A stretch of DNA of 64,000 nt from Azolla caroliniana (taxonomy: Eukaryota > Plantae > Polypodiophyta). The notes under the pieces were generated by a model, which saw nothing but the letters and a program-made list of their open reading frames with translations, searched no databases and was not told where the DNA came from. The stretch spans positions 10,788,001 through 10,852,000 of the forward strand of contig JBHGNT010000016.1 of the NCBI GenBank assembly GCA_043228905.1, read 5' to 3'. A program made the position numbers and the translations under genes. How positions within the stretch are numbered: the first letter of the stretch is position 1; each line of letters begins with the position of its first letter. Below are positions 1 to 11,329 of this stretch, one piece after another.

Positions 1-450
1 TACTCCTTTATGAGGAGGAGAGGTGCATGGGCACGCCTGAAATGCTCCCTCGTCACAAGACGACTGAACGTACAAGGAAGACACAAACACACGCGCAAAT
101 GCTCGTACGCCTTTATGAGGAGGAGAGGTGCATGGGCATGCCCGAAACCATACCTCTTCACAAGACGGCCGAACGTACAAGACACGGGAACGCCCGAAAC
201 GCTCCTTCGTCACAAGACGACCAAATGTACAAGGAAGACACAAACACACGAACAAATGCTCGTACGCCTTTATGAGGAGGAGAGGTGCATGGGCATGCCC
301 AAAACACTCTCTCGTCACAAGACGGCCAAACATACAAGGAAGACACAAACACACGCACAAATGCTCATATGCCTTTATGAGGAGGAGAGGTGCATGGGCA
401 CGCCAGAAACGCTCCCTCGTCACAAGATGGCCGAACGTACAAGGGGACGA
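1..450. repeat. ~105-bp tandem repeat array, probably continuing left of the window
   Basis: Unit start TTTATGAGGAGGAGAGGTGCATGGGCA recurs at 7, 112, 269 and 374 (spacings 105, 157, 105; the 157 includes a partial unit). The repetitive ORFs over it reflect the repeat. Confidence 0.9.
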
Positions 451-1350
451 GAACAAAGAAAGAAAGAAAAAAGAAGAAGAACACGAATGATATTGGCTAA
501 AGAAATAAATATGTGTTCGATTCCAACGCAAGAGGGCCCTTTATAAAATAGGGTTTGATTACAATGTGCCAACTTCTAGTTAACCACAAGCTCAACAAAA
601 TATAAATACTAAATGCCCTTAGAGACAAAAGGAAATACGAGCACGGAGCACAAAAACGACGAAGACGAACACGCGAGCACCACAAAAATGTCGACCCCTA
701 CGAACCACGACCATCCGAACGGCGAGCACACAGGCTCGTAATGACGAATGGGGGTGAAGCAACGTCGAACCAACGAAGCTTGGGCTCACGAGCACCGTAA
801 ACGAGCACTTCGAGTGCCAACGTGAAGAAGACGAGCACATGGCAATGAGGGGATGAAGGGGTAAGAGATGAAGAGAAATGGTGAAGAAGATGAAGAGCTC
901 CGAAGGAAAAATGGCGATAGTCTCCTCCTCCCAAAATGTCCCCCCCAAATGAGCCCCCCTCAACCTCCTTTTATAGGAAAAAAAGAAGGGGGATTGCCAA
1001 TTTTGTCTTCATTGCCAAAGGAATAAAATTCCTTAAATCAAGCTGCATTATAAGACCATATTTGAACCGTGCACTTCTAGCTAGAAGTCAATGTGACTAT
1101 CCACTATTCCATTAACTCTCTCTTATACAATATATAGTTCTATATCAACAAATTCATAGCTTGTCTCCCCTCTACTTTTTATATCTCTTCTCTCTTACTT
1201 TTTACACGAGCTTCTATACCTCCTTTCCATCCTTTCTTTTCCCTTTTCTTTTGCATGTGCACACACATTGCACATGAACATTTTGACCCCCGCTTTCGCC
1301 GGTTTTTCCCACTCTCGAGCACGCCACATCACGACATCATGTTTTCAACA
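451..1350 (-). mobile_element. Probable LTR-retroelement terminus inserted into the neighbouring Copia gag
   Basis: Minus strand starts TGTTGAAAAC at 1350, exactly where the Copia zinc knuckle (DCGYC) is cut. TATA-like CCTATAAAAGG on minus at ~967-977. Other end not visible. Confidence 0.45.
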
Positions 1351-2283
1351 GTACCCGCAATCGATCGGGTTGTTACGATAGCTCGGTTCAACGTGATGAC
1401 TCTCTAGGATTGTTCTTGTCCACTTGCCATTGGTGGGGGTTACGCTCTTGAGTCTGCCGACCTTTACGGCCTTGTTCGAATCGACCTCTATTTCCACGGC
1501 CGAAATTTCTTCTATCATCTGACTGGGAGTAGAGGATATGACCCTCTTGTGTGTTTCTCTTTTTCCAGGTGTGATTTTCCTCAACCAACAATATTGATTC
1601 GAGATCGAAAAATGAAGGAGGGTTCTCCCTTGCAAGGATAGCCGATCTAATCAAGCCAAATCGGGGTGCTAAGCCACTGAGGCATATTTGCACCATCTCG
1701 TCATTGTCGATTACGACATTAATCGAACCGAGGTCATCACAGAACTCCTTGATGTTTAAGGTATAGCCTATGATTGACATGTCCCTCTGTTGCATGTTGT
1801 TTAGCTCCTGTCGAAGTTGGAGCTTTTGTGTGCAGCCGTGTTGGTCGCAAAAATCTTCTTGAGATTTCCCCAAGCTTCTTTCGGTGTTTTCAAATCTCGA
1901 ATATAGCCAAGTATATGATCACGAACGCATGATGCAAACGGGATAGTCGGCATGTGTTGGGTTGGATTGAGTTTCGTGAGCTCTTTCAATGTAGCTCCGA
2001 TAACCTTGTCCGACAAGGTATTGATGCATCTTGTATTCCCAAGATGCGAAATTCATTCTGTCAAGCTTCTCAGTAGGAAGAGCGCTTCCCATCTTAGTGT
2101 TCATTATGTTGATTTCTTCTCTGTTGATGAGCCGGTTCTGTTGATCGCCAGCGTATACCACAACATAGCTGAATAGATTCAATTAAGCAACCACACGCTC
2201 TGATACCATGTAAAGAAATGAGGAGCAAAAGTGGCTGAGATGCTACGGAAGGGTTGTGTGTGTGCGTGTGTACGTAAGGCAAA

Positions 2284-2325
<42 letters not shown>

Positions 2326-2554
2326 AGACAAAGATAAAAGATTGTATATTACATTAACCAAAATACTTCCAATAGTAACTAAGTTACAAGGGGTTGGTTT
2401 AAATACCAACTAAGTTAGGGTAAGTGCCCTTTCTACTATTTACAAAACTAGCCTGGTATGTCCATGAGCTAGTGTGAAACCTATTACTATGGGAAGTTAA
2501 GTTCGACTCTCAATAGGATGAATGCATTAGCATTGGAAAAGACTCTGTCTAACA
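1351..2554 (-). mobile_element. Truncated Ty1/Copia element: 5' LTR (~2554-2209), tRNA-iMet PBS, frameshifted gag
   Basis: GCTCTGATACCA at 2197-2208 (TGGTATCAGAGC on minus) next to the LTR CA end. Gag fragments EKLDRMNFASWEYKMHQYL and KLQLRQELNN resemble the Copia gags at 14228 and 49321. (AG)n inside the LTR. Confidence 0.8.
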
Positions 2555-2559
2555 TGTTA

Positions 2560-3407
2560 TTGATGCCTTAAACAATTGTTTCCCAGATGTTACATTTTTT
2601 AATACTATCAAGTTGTTTAATCCATCTTAATATCCCATTGAGGAAAATGAAAGAGAGAAAAAGACAAAGGAATGGTTGGACAAACTTATTGGGAAGTTTA
2701 ATATTGACAAGCAAATTGTTGACATGAAAAGATGCTTCAATGAACGAGAAGATTTTGTTGGTATGCTTGTTAGAATTGGTAAAGGAAGAGGAATGCATGA
2801 TGCATGGGATATTTGTTGTGAAGCACAATCTTGGTGGCAATTATTTCTGGGTATTATGCAATTGTGGCAACCATATATGACTATTCCTATTAGTACAACT
2901 GCATGTGAACGAGGCTTTTGACGTCAAAATTTCATAAAAAATGATATTAGAAATTGTTTGTCTTTGGAAACTTTAGATGCTTTGATGTTTATATCCTTGA
3001 ATGCTCAAGAGACATCAAACATTTGTCGGAGGGTTATATTTAACCTTTGGTTTGAAGAGAAAGATAGTATCATTGAAGTAGACACATATTGCACAATACT
3101 TAGTATGAGTCATGGTATGATAAATATTTTTTTGTGTTTTTTGGGCTTTAAGAAATATATGATGATTAAGTATTCAGTTTGTATGATTGCATTATCTTTG
3201 TGAGGTAGTTATGTTTATTTGTGTATCTTTGTGTACTTTCTATAGTAATAAAATGTATAATGATGAAGCATCATATAGAGCTTTTCATTATTAAAACTTG
3301 TATGTCAAATGACATATTAATTTTTGCACTTTCATGTCATATAACATACATCTTTAAAAAATGTCCGTCAAAAAACTTAAAGACTAACCCGTCAAATTCA
3401 GGCCCTG
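2560..3407 (+). pseudogene. hAT transposase C-terminal dimerisation-domain remnant with probable 3' TIR
   Basis: MTIPISTTACERGF*RQNFIKNDIRNCLSLETLDALMFISLN matches the hAT dimerisation motif, with an in-frame stop. CAGGCCCTG ending at 3407 and subterminal CCGTCAAA repeats resemble a hAT end. Confidence 0.75.
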
Positions 3408-3571
3408 ATGGTATCTCATAATACCAAGTCTATAATATAGTTAATAATTATGAGCAGTTATAATCAGTGTTGGGCAAAGTTTTTAACCCCTACCAGAAAT
3501 TTTCCTTCTACTTATGATCATAATCGGAAATTATTATTATTTTAACCGGCCACTTTCATACAAGTGATAAA

Positions 3572-4220
3572 TGTCAACTAGAACATGTTCAATGTTTTTT
3601 TTACCACATACCAAATGAAAATTTAGCACAGGATGAGGTGGCAACATAGATAGAGTACATTCTATGAAAGTAAGATGTTATCCCTCCCCTACTTGTTTCG
3701 GCCTCTACATAGATGAGGTAGCAACATTGAGATGGTGAGATTATTTGTTGATGACATAATCTTGGTGCCTAAATCTTGTGCAAGTATACAATATCATCTA
3801 ATAACCTATATGGTATTCCTTGTGAAAAGGGGTTCACAATAAATACTAAGACCATGAACTTCAGTGCATCCACTTTGACCTTTTAAAAGGTTGTCTTCAA
3901 CCTATCAAGAGGGCATTTTGAAGTGGTGGGTTCTTGACTATATATAGTGGGCAAATTTACAAGCATAAATAGGCATTTCTTTCTGACCATGCCACCATGG
4001 ATCGACTCACTTAAGGATATGCAACTTTGGCTAACCTTTAACTTCAACACACTTCCTTGCCTACCCTTATGTATGATGCAACCATATGGGCTTTAAGACG
4101 CCCCATGTACGTATGGACATAGAAAGTCCACTAATAATTATGTTGTCCTAGATAACATATAGCAAAGTATCCACCCCACATGAGATCAATTGCTTTCAAT
4201 TGACAAAACCCTCCCCCCTT
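3572..4220 (-). mobile_element. Possible old 3' LTR with PPT
   Basis: TGTCAA (3572) ... TTGACA (4205) inverted termini, followed by CCCTCCCCCCTT (PPT on minus). No second LTR found. Confidence 0.35.
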
Positions 4221-4612
4221 GATGATAGAAGCATCGTTCCATCAGTCCAAAACAATCACTAGCATCACTAAACGCATACATACTAGTTATGACTTAGTTG
4301 TCATGATAACACTCACATCATGCATCGAAAGGATGATGACACTCACATTATGACTCGAAAGGATTTGAGCCCACGACCTTGTTGTACACATGTGAAATCC
4401 TTAACCATTGTATTAATATTCTTATATGTATAGTCTTTAGAATATGAAATCTAATATCATAGGAATATTCTATATTACTCTACATTCTAGAATGACCTAG
4501 AATATTCTAGAGTGTTCTATACCACTAGAACCTTCTAGAATACTCTAGAGATCTTCTAGATTACTCTACATTCTAGGATAACCTAGAATATTCTAGAGTG
4601 TTCTCTATTACT

Positions 4613-4620
4613 TATAAATA
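4613..4620 (+). promoter_or_regulatory. TATA box of element A LTR
   Basis: TATAAATA present in both LTRs, downstream of an nGAAn/nTTCn array. Confidence 0.7.
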
Positions 4621-4856
4621 GGGATCTACCACCCATCCCAAACCTAAATTGGTTCAACGCCATTTTGTAGCCTACTCTTTGTAATCCATTTTACGCTTCA
4701 ATACAATAATTCTCTTCAATTATCTCTCTATCTCTTTTTCTCTCTTTCTCTCTCTCAGTCTTGACAGTTTGAACCAATTTTTTTTTCCTTTCATCTCTTC
4801 GTCTTCCACAAATCCTAACAAGTTCTCTTCTTCCTTCTCCTCTCCTCTCGTAAGCT

Positions 4857-5982
4857 ATGGAGTCCATGAGCAAACAAGAATACATGCGTGTTCTTTCTGA
4901 GCTCGACATGCGAATCGAATAAATTTGTGGCATTAGAGCATGAGAATCAAAGGCTACTTGGAGATCTACAACACGTGAGCGCCGAAAAAGCTCAACAATA
5001 TGAAGAGTTATCACAGCGGGTTCATCAACTCGAGGCGACTATATTGTCATTACGTGAGCAAGCGTCGGGGGCTCAAAACTCCCCTAGAGAGCCAAAGATC
5101 AGCCTCCCTGCCAAGTTTGATGGTATGAGGTCTTTATTTCGAGGCGTTTTGAATCAAGTTCGTCTAGTTATTCAGCTACATCCCAATCGGTATCCAACTG
5201 ATGCTGCTCGTGTGGGATTAGTGGGAACTTTGCTATGCGGTACGACGTTAGCATGGTTCGCACCACTTCTCGAGAAGAAATCACCATTGTTGGAGGATTT
5301 CGAGGCATTTGTTAAAGAGTTTCAAGCTAGTTTCGGAGACACCGACAACACTAGGATAGCGATAAACAAGATTCGAAGGCTCCGACAAGGAGATTGTCCC
5401 GCGTCGTCTTATGCAGCCGATTTCCGTCTCTTGGCATGCGATATCCCGTGGGATGAGGCAACTTTAATGGATCAATTCCGTCAAGGTTTGAGAAACGATG
5501 TCAAAGATCTTCTTCTTACTTTCCCTGAAGATCCGTAGTCACTTACAGAAGCTATTAGTCGAGCTGTGCGATGTGATAATCGCCTATTTGAGCGACGTTC
5601 TAAGCGCCAACAAATGTTACGCCGCCAACCTGAGCAGACTTACGCTTCCGTAGTCGCAACGCCTCCACAAGTTTCTAGACCCATTACAAGGGATGGCCCC
5701 ACTCCGATGGAAATAGAGTCAACACAACGTCGTGGGCCGTTATCAGATGCTGAGAAGCAACGACGTCGAGCGCATCGCCTCTGCCTGTATTGTGGTGGTA
5801 CAGGACATATAGTTGTAAATTGTCCACATAAACCTAGGCGTCAAGTATACCAAGTAAGTGCCCATGAAAACCCTACATCGAGTTCTATTGTTACTTCTAA
5901 TAACATAAATAAGCCTCATATTCCATGCCATGAGAATAGATTCGATGTCTTGAGTCAATTAGAGGATGTGTCAAACGAGTAA
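4857..5982 (+). pseudogene. gag: gag of element A (PEG10/RTL1-like capsid, CCHC knuckle), disrupted
   Basis: REPKISLPAKFDG and CLYCGGTGHIVVNC motifs. Frameshift near 4917 and TAG at 5536-5538. Confidence 0.9.
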
Positions 5983-8900
5983 GTCCGGCCAAAATAGGAG
6001 CCATTTGGCTGGACCATCCTAGCTATGTAGAGTTAGTTCCTAGTCGTGGTTCCATTTCATCAAATCAAGTGAGTCGAGTTTTTTCAGCACAAGTCGAGCT
6101 TACCACATCTACATGTCATCAAGTCCGAGCCTCTGCCCTTCTAGATTCTGGAGCCAACTCTTGTTTCATGGATCGTGAATTTGCCTTGTCACAAAACATC
6201 CTCTTGAATAAGCTTCCCAGCCCAGTAGCCGTAGGAGTCATTGATGGACGTCCCATAGCATCAGGAGATATAGTCGAGGAGTCTGAGCCAATTAGGATAG
6301 TTCTTGGCAATTTGGCAAGCATAATCTCTTTCAACATTATTCGTAGTCCGGAACACCCAATAGTTCTAGGTCTCCCCTGGTTTGAACTCCATAACCCGAA
6401 GATTGATTGGATGAAAAGAACAATTGAGGAGACCCGAGAAAAAAGCACAAACCCTGCATCCCTCTCTCCTACATGTGATAATAGATCCCCGGAGTTATCG
6501 CCCATCTCTTTACGACAGTTGCGAGAGGAAGGGGGGAACGAGGCCATGTTCATCTTCGCAATAATAGCAACTCCATCATCCACTTCACATGAGGCGGATA
6601 TTAAACTTCCAGAGAAATACAAGGAGTTTTCAGATATCTTTGATAAGGTGAAGGCCAATACATTGCCGGAGCATCGGCCATACGACTGCCCTATTGACTT
6701 ACAACCAGGGAAAGAACCTCCATGGGGCCCAATTTATAATCTCTCCCCTGTAGAGCTAGAAACTTTGCGGGAATATATTGATGAGAATCTGGCAAACGGA
6801 TTCATTCGGCATTCTAGATCCCCTATTGGTGCACCTATCTTCTTCATTAAGAAGAAGAATGGGACTCTTCGGTTGGTCGTGGATTATCGAGGACTAAACA
6901 AAGTGACTATTCGGAATAGATATGCTCTACCATTAATCCCGAATCTTTTGGAACGTCTCAGTGGTGCAAAATATTTCACGAAGTTGGACCTTCGCGGAGC
7001 ATATAATCTAGTTCGGATTCGCCCCGGGGGATGAATGGAAGGCAGCTTTCCGCACTCGCTATGGACATTTTGAGTATACAGTGATGCCATTCGGTCTCAC
7101 GAATGCACCTACTGTTTTCCAACATATGGCGAACGATATTTTTCGAAATTTTCTTGATATCTTCACTATAGTTTACCTAGATGATATTTTAATCTACTCA
7201 AAGACCCAAGAGGAGCATGATGAACATGTTCATCAGGTACTGTGTCAACTCCGAGAATATGATCTCTACGCAAAATTAGAAAAGTGTAGTTTCGGCCAGA
7301 ATCAAGTGGAATTTTTGGGGTATGTTGTATCGTCAAATGGTATTGCTATGGACCCCATGAAGGTACAAGCAATTTTAGAGTGGCAAACGCCCCTTTCAAT
7401 GCGTGATGTGCAATGTTTTCTCGGGTTTGCAAATTTTTATCGAAAATTTATTAAAGATTATTCCAAGGTTGTGCTTCCGCTTACTCAGCTCACACATAAA
7501 GATCGACCATTTATATGGAGTTCAGATGCAGCCGAGGCATTTGAAAGCTTAAAACGAGCATTTACAACGGCACCTATCTTAGCACATGTCGACCCAACAA
7601 AATGCTTCATCCTCGAAGCCGATGCATCCGATTTTGCACTAGGGAGTGTCCTCTCGCAGACTGGAGATGATGGACAACTACACCCTGTCGCCTTTCATTC
7701 ACGAAAGTTTGAAGCTGCAGAGATCAACTAGGAGATCCATGACAAAGAGCTTCTTGCAATCGTGGATTCGTTTCAACAATGGCAACATTTCCTAGAAGGT
7801 TCTTCTCAGGAGATCATTGTCTACAATGATCATAAGAACCTGACTTATTTCCAAAATGCTCGAGTCTTGAGTCGGCGACAAGCCCGGTGGGCGCAATTTT
7901 TGACTCACTTCGATTTTATCATCATATATCGCCCTGGGATGCAGCAAGGCAAAGCAGATGCTCTTTCTCGGCGCCCTTATATGGAACTTCGTCCAGGGGA
8001 ACCTACATTTGAGCACCAAAAACAAATCCTTTTGGGTCCTAATCGATTACGATTAATGGTAGTTAACGCCATAACAACTCTTGAAAATTCCACTCTTCTT
8101 GATTCCATTAGAGATCATATGGCCACTGATGATTTCGCCAAGGATGTTTTGGATCATATTGTCCCGGATCGTGCTTCTTGCTCACGGTCGAAAAATCCTC
8201 GTAATGACTATTGTCAATTCTATTGGCATGGTGGTTTTCTATTTCGACAAAATTTATTGTATGTTCCTGATGGTCCCCCACGGCTACAAGTTTTGCAACA
8301 TTGCCATGACTCACCAATGGCTGGTCATTTTGGAGTTCACAAGACTCTAGAATTAATTTCTCGACGCTATTGGTGGCCTCGCCTTCGTCATTTTATTGAG
8401 GATTATGTTCGGAGTTGTGATATATGTTGTCGATCAAAGAACCATCGTCACCGACCCTATGGCTTACTACAACCACTTCCCATTCCGGAAACTCCTTGGA
8501 AGTCTATATCCTTGGACTTCATTACTGATCTCCCAGTTTCAAAAGGTTTTGATGCAATTCTCACAATGGTTGATCGATTTACCAAAATGGCACATTTCTT
8601 GCCTTGTACAAAGTCGATTACTAGTCAACAGGCGGTTGATCTCGTTATGCGGGAGGTATTTAAGCATCATGGTCTGCCGGATAATATTATTAGTGATCGT
8701 GGTCCACAATTCATCTCAAAGTTTTGGAAGCACATGTTCAAACTTCTTCACATTTTAGTTAAGCTTTCTTCAGGCTATCATCCTGAAACAAATGGCCAAA
8801 CAGAGCGTACCAACCAGACATTGGAACAATATCTTCGTTGTTTCATCAACTATCAACAAGATGATTGGGTTGCTTTTTTGCACTTGGCGGAATTCGCTTA

Positions 8901-9621
8901 CAACAACTTAGCCCATTCTTCTACAGGATATTCCCCATTTTTCGCAAATACGGGTTCTCATCCTCGGTGGACGATGAATGCGCATCCAGAAGTTCCTACC
9001 AACCCTACTGTCGAGGATCGCCTTAGTCACCTCCAAGAAATTCAAGCTAACATTCTCCACAATTTACACAATGCTCAATTTACACACAAGAGGCTTGCCG
9101 ATCGTCATAGTCTAGACTCCTCAAAAAAGTTCCGCATTGGGGATTATGTATGACTTCTCCAACACAACATCAAGACCACTCGACCTTGCAGTAAATTGGA
9201 TTACCAACGTTTTGGCCCTTACATGATCACTGGTAAGATAAGTGATGTTGCATTTCGACTTGACCTCCCTCCGCACATGCATCTTCATCCGGTGTTTCAT
9301 GTATCCGTTTTGGAACCTTATACTACAAGTTCAATTCTGGGCCGACTTACGACACCCCCACCACCTGTCGAGTTCTTGGACGGGCCTGAATTTGAAGTTG
9401 TTGCGGTTCTCGATTCTAAAATCGTGCGCAACAAGCTGTATTACTTAGTCGATTGGCTAGGTTATACCCCCAATGATCGAACTTGGGAACCTGCCGCAAA
9501 TCTTTCCAATGCTGCAGAACTCGTCAATGCATTTCATCGCCAATATCCTTGTAAACCAGGTCCTAATACAAACCCTACGACCTGTGAGACATGTCGTCGA
9601 AGAAGGGGGATAGTGTCATGA
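5970..9621 (+). pseudogene. pol: pol of element A (PR, RT, RNase H, integrase, chromodomain), disrupted
   Basis: LLDSGANSCF, YLDDILIYS, EADASDFALG, HHCC zinc finger, ISLDFITDL/SDRGPQF/ERTNQ, YLVDWLGY..DRTWEP. Lesions near 7030, 7729 and 9151. The reading frame ends inside the 3' LTR. Confidence 0.95.
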
Positions 9622-10660
9622 TAACACTCACATCATGCATCGAAAGGATGATGACACTCACATTATGACTCGAAAGGATTTGAACCCACATCATGACACT
9701 CACATCATGCATCGAAAGGATGATGACACTCACATTATGACTCGAAAGGATTTGAGCCCACGACCTTGTTGTACACATGTGAAATCCTTAACCATTGTAT
9801 TAATATTCTTATATGTATAGTCTCTAGAATATGAAATCTAATATCATAGGAATATTCTATATTACTCTACATTCTAGAATGACCTAGAATATTCTAGAGT
9901 GTTCTATACCACTAGAACCTTCTAGAATACTCTAGAGATCTTCTAGATTACTCTACATTCTAGGATAACCTAGAATATTCTAGAGTGTTCTCTATTACTT
10001 ATAAATAGGGATCTACCACCCATCCCAAACCTAAATTGGTTCAACGCCATTTTGTAGCCTACTCTTTGTAATCCATTTTATGCTTCAATACAATAATTCT
10101 CTTCAATTATCTCTCTATCTCTTTTTCTCTCTTTCTCTCTCTCAGTCTTGACATTAGTGAGCATTGAGATTTTACCTGAAAATACTTCTCTTTGGCCAAA
10201 AGATCATACTTTGTTGATTATATCTTTAAGCAAAAAGGATAATCTCTAAGATATGAGCCATGACATACAACTCCAAGCATCCAAAACTTAGTACTATGTC
10301 CATATTAACACATTACTATCACAACTCCACAAACAAGGGTCATGGAGACATTGCATATATGAACATTAAATAATGAATCTTAGTATTATAATGAATCATT
10401 CTTATACTTTTATGTGAATTAATAGCTTAATATTTATTTCTAGTAATTGGTTTGGAGTTTGTGGAGAAATGGTATTTGCGATTTCGCTCATGAGTTAGCT
10501 AACATAGAAAAAAAAATTGAACATTAAAAATAAGTGACCTCACCCTATATGAAGATTATAGAAAATTGAAAGTAGCTCATGAATTAACATTGCATCACTA
10601 ACCTATGAATGATTAGTAGTAGAAAAATCTATACAATGGCACATAATCATGATTTGAAAT

Positions 10661-11155
10661 TGTCACGAAAACACCAACGATGGACTCGAACAGAGCACGG
10701 ATGATGGGGCTATGAGCATGGAACTTAAGAATCTAGGAATGAGACAAGAGCATGAAGACAAAGATGAAGAAGGAGACGAGATGGAATGAAATGAGAATAC
10801 TAGATTGATGTGTCAATGACTCACGTTGAATCCCTTGAAAGGGACCAAGGAGGTTACAAGTATCAAGATACAAGTTCCGAGATTAAATATCTCTAGAATA
10901 TACTCAAGAAATATCTTTAGAATATACACGTCTAGAATAATACTGTACAATATTTCTAGAATATACTCACGATTAGAATATTCTAATTTTGAAAATGTAT
11001 TATATGCTATACTAAACGATACTAAACTATTATGTACAAATGCATGCTCGTATCAAAATGGTTGAGCATGACATCTTCTTAACGTAAGGTTGTAGGGTCA
11101 ATCCTCACCAGCTATGTATTTTATGTCACTATGTCGTGACATTATCCTCCCCTTT
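10661..11155 (-). mobile_element. 3' LTR plus PPT of a second Gypsy family (element B)
   Basis: 8-bp inverted termini TGTCACGA (10661) ... TCGTGACA (11141). PPT AAAGGGGAGGATAA on minus (11155-11142). TCTAGA-rich like LTR A. Confidence 0.8.
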
Positions 11156-11329
11156 ACAACCACCTTTTCGAAAACATGGTGTAGGGGTGAGAGGGAATTA
11201 GAACACTAACGGGTGTGAGAAACCATGTATTGTCCTCATCGGAGACACGAACACCAACAAACGTGAGCGATCATGTGTGGTCCTCACCAGAGACTGGGTG
11301 AGCGACCATGTGCAGTGAGGACCACACAT

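Larger units (their letters stand above)
4299..10153 (+). mobile_element. Full-length Ty3/Gypsy chromovirus (Tcn1/Sushi-like), element A
   Basis: LTRs 4299-4766 and 9614-10153 (TGTCA...TGACA). TSD TTAGT at 4294-4298 and 10154-10158. PPT AGAAGGGGGA at 9601-9610. gag-PR-RT-RH-IN-chromodomain order. Confidence 0.97.

Noticed and set aside
494-540. GTTCGATTCC B-box/tRNA-like motif
   Set aside because: No A box at tRNA spacing and no CCA end, so not counted as a module or a PBS.
10-546. 178-aa and other ORFs over the first tandem array; CRISPR-like periodicity
   Set aside because: They are products of a 105-bp repeat. There are no unique spacers or cas genes and the context is eukaryotic.
5536-5538. 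In-frame stops in retroelements as programmed readthrough
   Set aside because: Most fit CAG>TAG or CGA>TGA decay typical of methylated plant TEs and occur at scattered positions.
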